From Octopus sinensis (Eukaryota): a DNA stretch of 64,000 nucleotides. Each line of letters starts with the position of its first letter. The first letter of the stretch is position 1. The stretch lies in contig NC_043005.1 of the NCBI RefSeq assembly GCF_006345805.1, forward strand, positions 65,038,001-65,102,000. Direction: 5' to 3'. The notes beneath the pieces are model-generated. The model was not told the DNA's origin, searched no databases, and saw nothing but the letters and a program-made list of their open reading frames with translations. A program made the translations under genes and the position numbers. This document shows positions 37,156 through 49,885 of this stretch, one piece after another.

Positions 37156-37302
37156 ACGACGGGCTTCTTTCAGTTTCCGTTTATCAAATCCACTCACAAA
37201 GGATATAGTAGAACACACTTGCCCAAGGTGCCATGCAGTGGGGCTGAACCCGGGACCATGTGGTACGTAAGCAAGTTACTTACCACACAGCCCTCCTGCG
37301 CC
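37156..37302 (-). mobile_element. SINE family A, 5' half
   Basis: Reverse complement of the family-A head up to the internal (TA)n. Confidence 0.85.
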
Positions 37303-37417
37303 ATGTATATTCTTATAGGTGTGTGTGTGTATGCATGTATATCTGTATAAGAATATATCTGTATATATATATGTGCGTGTGTGTTTGTGGGTGTGTGTGC
37401 ATGTATATATAATGTAT

Positions 37418-37469
<52 letters not shown>

Positions 37470-37472
37470 ATA

Positions 37473-37553
37473 TTAAACACCACATGTGAATTAGAGAAAT
37501 TTAAACTATTAGAACTTCTCACAAAAATAGAAACATAGTGTCAGACGACTCAT

Positions 37554-37597
<44 letters not shown>

Positions 37598-37707
37598 CCT
37601 TATTACACAATGTATATACATGTGTTAGATGAGTCGTCTGACATTATGTTCTATATTGTGAGAAGTTCTAATAGTTTAAATTTCTCTTAATTCACATGTG
37701 GTGTTAA
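37473..37707. repeat. Inverted repeat with ~82-bp arms around a (TA)n spacer
   Basis: 37473-37555 versus 37627-37707, only a few mismatches. Confidence 0.92.
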
Positions 37708-37884
37708 TGATGTCTTTTTCTTTAGGTCTTTCTATTATTAGTATGTTGATTATTTTCATTCAGCCTTTAGGATTTATAATTATGTTAGAATATTTATGAG
37801 GATTATGATTTCTTGTTTTCTTTATGCTTGATATGGTTATATATTGTTTTTGGTTTATGTACGTGGTTTATTGGTGATATTTAT

Positions 37885-38014
<130 letters not shown>

Positions 38015-38777
38015 GCATATGCATATGCATGATTTGGCTCTAGCAGGAAATATGTCATCGAAGGCGAGAGAATTTGTTTTCAGACAAATTCAAAGATCCT
38101 GTATATTGAATTAGTTACTTAGACATCTTTTAATTCTGAACCAGTGATAGACAGTAACAGTACCGGATAATAATGTTTGTATGCCAACAGAATGTGGCAG
38201 TCCTGTAAAGGACGATGTTACTTTTGTTTTAGCCCCAGGAAAGCATCTTTTCCAGGTGGCTCTCGACACATAGCTTGTTTCCGTATAGCATTTACGATGG
38301 AGGTCATCACTCCCATCTCTAGCCTTACGTGATACTCAGACCTAGGTTTCCTTAATGTTTTTGTTGTGGTCTTAGTAACCATGTATAACACAATTTCAAA
38401 CATTTTCGTAATCATCACACGGTACATTTAGACACAAGTTAAATATATTAAATATGTTAAATATACTAAATATGTTAAATTCAACCTTCTAATAATTTAC
38501 AAATAGGACGAATATAGATGACAAGAGGTAGTTCATAGTTCAAGAAACAAATTTCAAGATTTTTTTTTCATTCTAATTCGTTAGCTGTTTAGTAGTATGG
38601 AAGGGAAAGACAGTGAGAGAAAGTTCTTACATAAAAACTAGATATTACCAGGGTATCCCAGCCTTACCAAAAATACACACATACATACATACATACATAC
38701 ATACTACATACATACATACATACATACATACATACATACATACGTACATACGTACACGCTTACATACATACATACAT

Positions 38778-39323
38778 GTTGTGGAATTCGCTGTCCTGCG
38801 GATGTTAACATAAAGCTGAAGATCAGTGAAAAAGAGAATACCTATGCTGACCTATTGAGTAAACTGCAGTTACTCTATCCAGATTCCAAGTTCAGGTTTA
38901 CACCTGTAATTATTGGAGCCCTGGAATATGTAACACACTGCCTAAATGTCAATCTTGAGAAATTAGGGTTCTCAAAGCCAGTAAGGAGAAAGCTAATTCG
39001 AAGATGCAGTCAATCACTGGAACTGTAAAAATTTGTAAAACTTTCCAGATGTTTATCATTTAATATATATTTGAGCTCGTCTAGATATTCAACAATACGC
39101 ATGGGAATTCATACACAAAGCAAAACATAGAAATCTGCACATATACATACATATATGCTTACATACATACATACACACACACATACGTACATACATAATA
39201 ACATACATACATACAAAAATCCTGTTGTTGATGTTGAAATTCCAATGAAGGAGCCTTGAATCTAGGTTAGAAACCAGCTCTTTCTTTATTGGCAAGAAAT
39301 CTTGAAATAAAACTGAACACTAA
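38778..39323 (+). mobile_element. RLE LINE 3' end in (TACA)n, copy 1
   Basis: VVEF..DVNIKLKISEKENTYADLL..FRFTPVIIGAL..LEKLGF (RLE C-terminus). TACA tracts at the 5' junction, inside the 3' UTR and at the 3' end. Confidence 0.9.
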
Positions 39324-39369
39324 CATACATACATACATACATACATACATACATACATACATACATAAT

Positions 39370-40308
39370 ATTATCTTTTACCTTTTACTTGTTTCAGTTA
39401 TTTGGCAGTGGCCATGCTGGGGCGTCGGCTTACAGAATTTTAGTCGAACTAATCGATTCCAGTACTTAATTGCTAAGCGTTGTACTTAGTTCATCAGTCT
39501 CTCCAGCTAAACCGGTTGTCAAACGGGGGTAGAGAAACAAACAGAGACACAAACACATACACACATAGTCATATATGTTTCATCAACAAACAAATACGTG
39601 ATTCATATATTTATCCTCAACATCTTATAATTATATACAGCTATTAAAACTCTTAAATATGTGTAATATTTAAATAGAAGTGTATGTATTATATAATCCA
39701 CAAAAAGCTACTTATAAATAACCAAGGTGACATCTAGTTCAAGCCAGAGTGAAGATAGAAGACAAGAGATAGTTCATAGTTCAAAAAACAAATTTCATGT
39801 TTTTTGCTTTCAGTTTCTGTCTACAAAATCCACTCACAAGGCGTAGGAGTGGCTGTGTGGTAAGTAGCTTGCTTACCAACCACATGGTTCCGGGTTCAGT
39901 CCCACTGTGTGGCACCTTGGGCCGACCCAAGCCTTGTGGGTGGATTTGGTAGACGGAAACTGGAAGAAGCCCGTCGTATATATATATGTATGTATGTGTG
40001 TGTCTGTGTTTGTTCCCCATCACCACCACATTGCTTGACAACCGATGATGGTGTGTTTACGTCCCCGCCAAAAGAGACCGATGGAATAAGTACTAGACTT
40101 ACAAAGAATAAGTCCTGGGGTCGATTTGTTCGACTAAAGGCGGTGCTCCAGCATGGCCACAGTCAAAGGACTGAAACAAGTAAAAGAGTAAGGCTTTGGT
40201 CGGCTCCAGTCTATCGTAGAAGACATTTGTCCAAGGTGCCGCACTGTGGGACTAAACACGGAACCATATAGTTGAGAAACATGCTTCTTAGAACACAGCT
40301 ACGCCTGC
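39370..40308 (-). mobile_element. Older SINE family A copy interrupted by a younger antisense copy
   Basis: Tail 39370-39560, body resumes at 39805-39839 and 40191-40308 on either side of the + copy. Confidence 0.7.
39840..40190 (+). mobile_element. SINE family A (nested insertion)
   Basis: Complete head and tail with small internal deletions. Confidence 0.9.
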
Positions 40309-40339
40309 GTTTATATACATCTGCCTTAAAGAATTTTTA

Positions 40340-40517
40340 ATCGAATGAGTCGATCCCAATACTATTTTTTGGTTAAGCCTGGCACTTATTCTATCGGACA
40401 TTTTTGTCGAACCGTTAAGCTACGGAGATGTAAACACAACACCAACGTTGATTGTCAAACGGTGGTAGACGTCAAGCATAGACACATAATTACATACACA
40501 CGCGCGCACACACACAT

Positions 40518-40562
<45 letters not shown>

Positions 40563-40712
40563 CGACGGGCTTCGCTTCAGTTTCCTCCTGCCAAATCTAC
40601 TCAGAAAGCTTTGGTCGGCCTGTGGCTATTGTTGAGGACACTTACCCAAGATGCCACACTGCGGGACTGAACCAGGAACCATGCGGCTGGAAAGCAGGCT
40701 GCTTACCACAGA
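40340..40712 (-). mobile_element. SINE family A, degenerate
   Basis: Head 40712-40561 and 3' part 40490-40340 flank a CA/TA microsatellite. Confidence 0.75.
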
Positions 40713-40717
40713 GCCAA

Positions 40718-40826
<109 letters not shown>

Positions 40827-41372
40827 GACGTATATACATAAATGCACATATATATATGTGTGTGTATATATATATTATGTGTGTGTGTGTGTAATCTTTT
40901 GGGGGCTTACTTATGTGCTCTGGCATTAAAAATTTGAAAATTAAACTGTAACCTCAACCAAAATAGTTAGTTCCATTTAATGACATGCCATTCCCCTAAT
41001 CCTTTGATATTTACATAGTAATCTTATCGAATGTATTCTGACAGATTATTAGTTTGTTGCTATTTAAAGCGTATATAATCTCAAACTTAGTTAAGTCTGG
41101 TCTGTTTAATTTGCATCATCTTTACTTTGCCCCCCCCCCCTCCTCACCCCCGTCATTCCATCATCGATACTACTAACATTCTTTCCTCTCCAGGATTTTG
41201 ACTTTCCAGAATTATTTTCCCGATGAGTGCTTACAACCAAATGACAACATCACAAACTGAAGTTGAACTTCAACGCAACGGCGTATCGATCATAGCAGCG
41301 TGGGATATTTGAGAAATGTAACACGAATGAACTCCTTGAAGAATAATTTACTTTAAACTATTTTCATATATA

Positions 41373-41631
41373 GGCGCAGGAGAGGCTGTGTGGTAAGTAG
41401 TATCATCCGCATCTCATCAATGTCTTTGTCCAGCTCGCAGCTACTTATCTGTGTACGGCTTTCATGGCCAATTTGATGAATAAATGTAGCTTGCTTATTA
41501 ACCACATGGTTTCGGGTTCAGTCCCACTGCGTGGCACCTTGGGCAAGTGTCTTCTACTATAGCCACGGGCCGACCAAAGCCTTGTCAGTGGATTTGGTAG
41601 ACAGAAACTGAAAGAAGCCCGTCGTATATAC

Positions 41632-41662
<31 letters not shown>

Positions 41663-41912
41663 CGTGTATGTGCGTGTGTCTGTGTGTGTGTGCGTGTGTG
41701 TGCAGGTGTTTGTGTATCTGTGCTTGTCACCCCAACATCGCTTGACAACCGAAGCTGGTGTGTTTACGTCCCCCTTACTTAGCGGTTCGGCAAAAGAGAC
41801 CGATAGAATAAGTACTAGGCTTACAAAGAATAAGTCCTAGGGTCTATTTGCTCGACTAAAGGCGGTGCTCCAGCACGGCCGCAGTCAAATGCATGAAACA
41901 AGTAAAAGAATA
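41373..41912 (+). mobile_element. SINE family A with an 85-bp insertion in the tRNA head
   Basis: Standard copy except for 41401-41485, flanked by duplicated gtag. Confidence 0.9.
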
Positions 41913-41963
41913 TATGTCATACATCTTCACATACCAACAAGCTCCCATGCACACAGAGACACA

Positions 41964-42001
<38 letters not shown>

Positions 42002-42408
42002 TCATAGATATACACATTGAAACTCAGCTGATGTTATTAAGTCAAAATTGACACGAACCGATTTTGGAGACGGAAACAGGGCAGCGAACATGATCTCCGG
42101 ATGAGAGGAGGGAGAGACAAAGGCAAAAACTTCGTATGAGAATACGAAACAAAGTTGCAGTTGGTAGAGATATTTAGGATAAAACCTCTACGTCTATACA
42201 GCTATTAACCTTAGTGTCAAGCGTACAGTTATATTTGTAAAATATATGAGTTATACAGTGGAAGATATTCTGATGAAATATGCAGCAATTAAACATTATG
42301 CGGTATATAGAAAATCTTTCACTCTATTCTTAGAGGAAATGCAAAATACCAAAATAGGCAAATGATTAATCCTGTCGCCATTTGCTCGTAGAGGAAGTTC
42401 TTTCCTTC

Positions 42409-42439
<31 letters not shown>

Positions 42440-42857
42440 CTCTCTCTCTTTCTCCCATTCTTCCCCTCTCTCTCTCTCAAATACACACATATATACATAA
42501 ATCGATATATATCTATATGTATGTATATAGTGTATGTAAATATATGTTCACACACACACACGCATATACATATATATATATATATGTGTGTATATTTATA
42601 CATATAGCCAAACAACTACTACTGCTGCCCACAGGAACATATATAAAGGCCAATAGACAACCAGTCAACCACAGTTGAAACACTCCTGTCACAACCTGGG
42701 ACCTTGAAGACTGCTTTAATGCAATAAAGTATACTAGTCCCTTAATATTTTATATTTAATATTTCATCTATTCAATAAGACAATCACTACTTCATTTCAT
42801 TATACTATATATATATATTATTTATACTATATATTCTATATTCTACATTAATATTAT

Positions 42858-42975
42858 TGGCCTGCTCGCCTAGCCAGCGGAGTGGCCTCATTCGAAGGCT
42901 AAAACAAGGCGAAGCGCATTGTGACCAGCGATGTGTAGCAACATCTGATAGCCTGGTCGGTCACGGTCATGGTGA
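42858..42975 (+). mobile_element. Short LINE 3' tail (probably RTE-type)
   Basis: GC-rich tail gcctagccagcgg..gcgcattgtgaccagcgatgtg..ctggtcggtcacggtcatggtga. Recognised by pattern only. Confidence 0.45.
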
Positions 42976-43071
42976 CATTAATATTATAAAGAATATAAAT
43001 AAAACAAAATCAGACAGAATTGGAATTTCTTTGAATAATATATACCTCTCTATACACAATCATACAAACCC

Positions 43072-43122
<51 letters not shown>

Positions 43123-43210
43123 ATATATACTAGCTTCTTTGCTAGTATATACGCAGTGAAGCTATACAATAGCGTCGTATTTATTACGATTGCTATTTTC
43201 CAGTAAGTAT

Positions 43211-43508
43211 CGGTGCCTCGTTGTACCATTTATTTACTTTTATATATATATATATATATACCAAAACACATTAAAACAGAAACTGACCCTATAGGTTTCA
43301 AGAAGTCTTTGGACAGATTCCTTCAAGAAATCCCGGATAAACCCCCTACACCCGGATATGTCTCTGTAAACAATAACTCTCTACTTGAGTGGGCCATAGT
43401 GCCCAAATTCTGACTTGAAAGACTTCACCAGGTGGTGCTATTAAGTTAGACATGGCCTGGGCCAATAATGGCCGAAACCTATCAAAGTATCAAAGTATCA
43501 AAGTATCT
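43211..43508 (+). mobile_element. CR1-type LINE extreme 3' end (second family) with octamer tail
   Basis: PKHIK..FKKSLDRFLQEIPDKPPTPGY..NSLLEW, then catggcc..ggcc-aataat-ggccgaaac and (TATCAAAG)3. Confidence 0.8.
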
Positions 43509-44841
43509 ATATATATATATATCAGGTCATTATATAACGTACGTATAAGTCTATAGAAAATTTTGTGAATGAGTGATGAGCAGCATAGGCAAGTTCGAGG
43601 CTGTCTAATAACTTCACACAGTGTAGGTTCTCTGCTCAATTATTTTTCCGAATGCACCACTGAAACTTTTCCAAAGAAGAACTAAAAGAAAAAAAGGGAC
43701 GCCGCATATCCTCATCTACCGAAACGTAAAATTCTCATTAGATGTCTGACTAAAGGAAATCCATATTAAGGCTGACTGACTCAGACATCACAAACATCAT
43801 ACTAAATATATATATCGGTGTTTGATTTCACCCGTTTTTCTGCATTGAAATATCGCTGAGAGTGTTTATATTAATATTGAAGTCGATTTCATCGTCAGCA
43901 ACTTTTGAGAAAAATTTACTTTGTATCAGTTAAAAATATTTTTTAAACATCTATTTCTATCTTACATTTGTATAAATTCGGAATGCTAGAATATCAGACA
44001 AAATTGACTGCCAGTCTATGTATCTCATATTATTACAAAAAAATTGGTCGATAAAATAAACAGGAGGAGTATACTGAAGGAGATAGATCTACTAATAATA
44101 CTCCAATGTAATGATCGCAAAGATAATGTACAGAGTTTAATAACCGAAATTCAAAGTCGACCACTCCTGTGTATACGCAGAGGTAATTGGCAGCTAATTT
44201 TAGCTGGTCAAGTAACTGTATACTGGCTCCATTGCTTAGTGAAGGTTTAATATCTTTTCCAAGAGAAATTTTGCAGTAAATAGTTTTAAATTATTACAAT
44301 AGGGATAGACACCAATTTGGAATCTTTCCTGGCCGGGAGTATGGTTCACAAAAATCAATCGATCAATACCCTGAAAACGTAATGCTAGTATTGCAGTTTT
44401 TGCATTACACATTTCTCTTAGATATTTATTATATTCTAAACTAAGTTGAAATGTCTATAGAAATTTCGTTTCTATTTCTTACATTGTTACAAAAATACTA
44501 TTATACTCTCTAAGTAGCTATTTAACTGGATGATATATTGATTGATTTCCATCTAAGGCAATTTAAGAACTTATCTCACCATGAATATCACATTTCTAGT
44601 GATAGATCTTAGTAAAGTGAAGATCAAGAGTGGGTGCTTGCTATCTGTAGATTTACATGTGGCACTTTCAGACCACATATAAATCTACTAAACCAGTCGG
44701 TTGATGTCCATGTTGGTGCTCTTTCGACAACTAGTGATAAGGAAGAATGACGATGTTCACGGGAAAAATCTAGGGGTCAAAGAGATGAAAACTGTTCCAG
44801 AGAACTTTCATCCTAAGAACTATGGGTAACTGCTAGATATT

Positions 44842-45077
44842 TGTTTTTTTTATTACCCACAAGGGGCTAAACATAGAGGGGACAAACAAGGATAGACAAA
44901 CGGATTAAGTCGATTACATCGACACCAGTGCGTAACTGGTACTTAATTTATCGACCCCGAAAGGATGAAAGGCAAAGTCGACCTCGGCGGAATTTGAACT
45001 CAGAACGTAACGGCAGACGAAATACGGCTACGCATTTCGCCCGGCGTGCTAACGTTTCTGCCAGCTCGCCGCCGGTT
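44842..45077 (-). mobile_element. SINE family C, full length, 23-bp TSD
   Basis: TSD actatgggtaactgctagatatt at 44819-44841 and 45078-45100. Confidence 0.93.
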
Positions 45078-45374
45078 ACTATGGGTAACTGCTAGATATT
45101 GCTGGCATAGCAGAGTTATTGGGAGTGGACGAGCATTACGCTCTACTCTTATCTCGGACTGTTCAACCGGATTTGTCCGCGATATGAGGAGAGCGCAACG
45201 CACTCGTTCAATTGAGCGCATTCATGTTTGTGGAGTTTTGTCGAATAGTTGTTATCGCGAGCAGAATGAACTCGGATATCAACAGAGTCCCATTATGAAG
45301 ATTATCCCATCACTTTCTTTCCATTGTAAAAGTGAAGCAGTTTACTTTGATTAATAGCTAGGGTGAAAGAGTTT

Positions 45375-45720
45375 ATACAGTGAACGAGTCTGAAAGGACT
45401 AAAGGCAGACTCTTTCCTATTCGACCAAGCCCTGATCAGTATTTTCACTTGAAAAGGAAGCTGCGAATGGAGAGTAGAGTGTTTACCGCAGTAAATTCTT
45501 AGAAAGTTGGCCGAAAGTAATGAATATGGCACATGTGGAAGGAACCCTGAGCTTCGGGAAACGAAATGTGAGAATATGCATTTGCCAGTGGTGGTCAAAG
45601 TAACTGAAACCTTGTCAGGTTCTCTTTAGTGGCTCGAAGCGGCTTCCTCTGTTTTGGGGTATTTAAAAACAAAATTGCTGTTGTGCTGTTTTTCCTATCC
45701 CTTTTTACATGTAAATCCCA
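45375..45720. repeat. Unclassified dispersed repeat (copy 2 of 12395-12780)
   Basis: Shared blocks as listed for copy 1. Confidence 0.55.
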
Positions 45721-45780
45721 CATTATGATCATATTTCATCTTTGGATAATGTTTTTTTTGTTTTCATTTTGGAACTACCA

Positions 45781-45826
<46 letters not shown>

Positions 45827-47004
45827 AAATAATAATAATAATGATGATGATGATGATGATAATAATAGCAATAACAATTGTTGTTGTTGTTGTTGTTGCT
45901 ACTGCTCTTGTTGTTTTCAACAACTTGTGCTTTGACAAAACTCTAAAAATATCTCGAAATAATATTTCACGAAAGCTAAAATGAGAATAGACATGTATGG
46001 ATTCTCTATGACTCGTTTAACAAACTATTAAAATAAGAGTGAAAGCCGTAGTAAAAATGTGAGTTAATATTGTGTGGAATGACAAATAAAGGAAACGACA
46101 ACAGCTGCGGCAGTAATCTCATCGAATATCACTTTTCTCTCATTTAATTACCAGCAAAGATATGAGAATCTATCCGAAACTTCATATTTCAAATTTTCCC
46201 TTTTTATTTCTATAAGAATCATCAATTATGAAAATGTATATAATATTAAGTTTCACTAAAAGTGTCAGTAAAAATGCCTACTTACTCAATACCGGATTCT
46301 CATCCCAGGTGCATGTATGCTTCTGTTATATATATATATATATATATATATACATACACACGCATGCACACAAACAAAATGCATATGGAGATTCATATAT
46401 ACATACACAAACACACTCACAAACACACACACATACATACGTACATACATATATATATATATATATTATATATAATATATATATATATATATAAGTGTGA
46501 AATCTCTGTATATTACGTTAAGAATAAACAACTAATAAATAAAAAGTTGTAGAAAATCTTATCAGAAGCTCTCATATTTTTTTCCATAATTTATTTTACT
46601 CCACACATTGAGGAACTAAAAGTATTTGATGTGAACTGATTTTCTCTTAGCTAAAATACGTGAATATCTGTGATTAAAAGATAAATCGAAGCGCAGAATC
46701 TGCTGACGTAAAGTATGCTACTTTGTCAAAACAATCGCAAATCACCCCGAAGAAATAGTTGATATGTGTGAGAGTATTTAAATTTTCTTGAAAAATAACA
46801 TTGCTCTATAATTACCATGAGAAAACGAAACATTATTTGTAAAGCCTACATAGGACGTAAAGGCAAACTACGCACGCTCTACATCTATGGTAACCTCTCG
46901 AGTTCGTAAAAGACGGTTCTGAAATTTCTTGCTGAACAAGCAGCACAGGTGATTTCTTGATAATTATCAAATGTGTGTGCTGTACATCAGTTCACTCCTT
47001 CCTC

Positions 47005-47185
47005 GAAATCATCTTTCCCTCTATGGTGTACTGTATGGCACGCGTCAGATGTTGAAGTGATCACAAACTAGCATGATTTGAAGTGCTTTGCTCAAGAATA
47101 CAACGCACCACCAGGTCCGGGATTCAAACCCGCGAGTTCGCGATAGTGAATGCAACACCCTAACCTCTAGGCTATGAGCCCTCAC
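47005..47185 (-). mobile_element. SINE family B (tail type 4, degenerate)
   Basis: tRNA-like head plus core ttcttgagcaaagcacttc, then a distinct tail. Confidence 0.7.
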
Positions 47186-47260
47186 ACAATCTGCATAACA
47201 ATTAACGTACATAAAAGCTAGAAAAAGATATCGGTTATTTGTATCTGAATTATAAATTTA

Positions 47261-47520
47261 AAAATAATAATAAATGCGCCCTTTTAAAGCCTAGCCAGAC
47301 CCATGGGCCCGGTTTCCCGGTTTCAATGGCGTATGTGTTCCCCGGCTGAACGGGACGCTAGTCCATCACAGCGTTACTAATTTTTTCCAGCTAAGTGGAC
47401 TGGACCAACGTGAAAGAAGTGTTTTGCTCAAGAACACAACGCGTCGCCGGTCCAGGAATCGAAACCACAATCTTACGATCATGATGCTGACACCCTAACC
47501 ACTAAGCCACGCGCCTCCAC
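47261..47520 (-). mobile_element. SINE family B (tail type 2)
   Basis: A box TGGCTTAGTGG, B box GTTTCGATTCC, core, tail ..ggctaggctttaaaagggcgcatttattattattttt. Confidence 0.9.
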
Positions 47521-47919
47521 GAATTATATATGTGATTCGTAAAATTTAATTTTTCGGACTGCTGCATAAATTTTCAATGGTAATTGTATGGATACCCTAA
47601 CAAACATAGTTGCCAACATTTACAATTTCTTCAAATTAAGTACCTTGACTGAACAAGGATTGAACAATAGAAAAAGTGAAATCTCGGTAATAATTTCTAA
47701 TGGTGTAAAGGACATTCAACAAAATTCTTTGGTACCTTAAGAATAACTTCTATATATACAGGGATAGTGGCGGGCATAGATGTGTGATTAGGAAGTTCAA
47801 TTCGCCATCACTTTATTTCGGATTCACGATGCATTGAGCTAGTGCCATATATAAACTTCTATATAGCTCCAGTGGAACATTCCTTGTCATGAAACTTCAT
47901 AAACCAGTCGTGTCGTACG

Positions 47920-49262
47920 TGTATATATATATGGAAAAAAGGTCAAGGTAGGAAATGCTAAAATAATTTTACAAAAAACATTTCAGCGCCGGTTTCAGTC
48001 ATTGAGACTTTTTCAACTGTAAGTATGGGAAACAATTAACTTTTGGAAAAATTGAAAGAAAAATCTTTTTAAAAGAATATTTTGCATAGTATTCAAATAC
48101 AAGGGACATTTTCCTTGATTCTGTCTGTCTCTGTCTCTCTTGTTTACTCTTTTGGGCTCGAAGTCGTTGTGAATTCTTGGTAGGGAAGAAGAAGAAGCAG
48201 AAGAAGAAGAAGAAGAAGAAGAAGAAGAAGAAGAAGAAGAAGAAGAAGAAGGAGGAGGAGGAAGAGGAGAAGAAGAAGAAGAAGAAGACGAAGAAGGAGA
48301 AGAAGAGAAGAAGAAGAAGAAGAAGAAGAAGAAGAAGAAGAGAAGAAGAAGAAGAAGAAGAAGAAGAGAAGAAGAAGAAGAAGAAGAAGAAGAAGAATGC
48401 GGTAGTGCCATGATAGTAGTAGGGTGTTAAAATGTCAAGTAACCTATAATTGACTCGTTATGGATAATAGCAGTGATTGGGAGTGTTTTGTTAATGAATT
48501 CTTGAGAATCTCTTGAGTGTATCATTTTAAATATTTGCGTGTGTTTGTGTTATTCTAAGGCCGTGGTGGATATGTTGTTTGTTGTAGACGCGTTCAGAAG
48601 GGATCTGTACTTCGTAATAAAGAGAGTCGCTTTACTAATTCGTTGGCTACAGGTTGTATCGTCCCTGAATTCCTAGAGGAGAAAATTCTGAAGCTTGGAT
48701 TTTTTTATTGCCGCAAATGTCGATGTGTTGGCTGAATGTTATTTTCTGTTTTGGGGAATTTTGATCTGGGATCTGTACAGAGCCATTCTTTTACGTAGAC
48801 TGTTTTTGTTTGGCCTATGTATTGCTCTTGACTCCCAGAGCATGTTAGTGCGTATATCAGCTTCTCCGAAGCACATATGAAGTTGCTTTTCACTGTGAAA
48901 TGTTGTCCCTGTTTGAAGGAGAATTCTGATCCCTCAATTAAATTGACGCATATCCCACAGTTATTTCTTCCGCATTTTTTACTGACGGATTCTATGTTGT
49001 TGCTGAGCGTATTCGGGCTTGTGTTAGGAGACTTTTCATAGATTTGGGTTGTCTCTTGCTTTTTATGATGGTGTGTGTTTGGAGGATTAAGTTCATTCTG
49101 TGGTCGTTTTTTAGCAGGGAAATGTTTTGAAGGATGGTGTCGAAGGCTTCATTGTTAAGAGGGTTGTGTGTGGAGATGTATGGTAGGGCACGTTGAAAGC
49201 ATATGTCAATAGTGAAGGTGACCTTTTTTCCATATATATCAACTCGTGTGTCCCTATTCAAA
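47920..49262 (-). mobile_element. Canonical (Penelope/Neptune-type) PLE 3' fragment: thumb, Zn linker, GIY-YIG; (CTT)n 48184-48397; HHR remnant 48019-47984
   Basis: LPYISTHNP..KSKRQPKSMKSLLTQAR, KKCGRNNCGIC, FICASEKLIYALTCSG..QYIGQT. Remnant cag-ttgaaaa-agtc.gact-GAAAC-CG-GCG-ctg. Confidence 0.85.
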
Positions 49263-49283
49263 CTTCTACACACACACACATAC

Positions 49284-49335
<52 letters not shown>

Positions 49336-49337
49336 GC

Positions 49338-49586
49338 ATATAATTTAGAGAAAAACCTATTAAACAATTCATAATGAAAGATGTTATTCACACCATATAC
49401 AAAACATATGCTATATAAACCTTATTCTAAAAATCAATAAAGTACCATAAAAAAATAGTAAAGAGTACTTTTTATTGTACTTTATTGATTTTAGAATAAG
49501 GTTTTTATAGTATATATTTCCTCTATAGTGTGAATAACATCTTTAATTATTGAATTGTTTAATAGAGGTTTTTCTCTAAATTATAT
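49338..49586. repeat. Fold-back hairpin, ~120-bp arms
   Basis: atataatttagagaaaaacct...gatgttattcacac...aaccttattctaaaaatcaataaagtac / reverse complement; between (TA)n tracts next to the PLE. Confidence 0.9.
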
Positions 49587-49602
49587 ATATATATATATGT
49601 GC

Positions 49603-49667
<65 letters not shown>

Positions 49668-49725
49668 CTAATATATTGTGAAATTTTGATTTAAACTTCT
49701 TTAATTGAATTTTCCCTACTATAAT

Positions 49726-49758
<33 letters not shown>

Positions 49759-49777
49759 TTTGTATATATATAAATAC

Positions 49778-49834
<57 letters not shown>

Positions 49835-49839
49835 TACAT

Positions 49840-49872
<33 letters not shown>

Positions 49873-49885
49873 GACAGAATATATA

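Noticed and set aside
38150-38340. SGNH/esterase-like LINE ORF1 fragment (TSIV..CFPGAK)
   Set aside because: It needs frameshifts and rests on two short motifs.
41171-41260. + strand TACTAAC branch point and acceptor (antisense exon)
   Set aside because: All frames close within ~22 codons and no partner exons were found.
44647-44688. Pre-miRNA-like hairpin
   Set aside because: A 16-bp stem is too short for a pre-miRNA and there is no expression evidence.
47644-47735. 92-nt open candidate exon (YQRILLNVLY...)
   Set aside because: Its phase is incompatible with the flanking GPCR exons and it has no recognisable homology.
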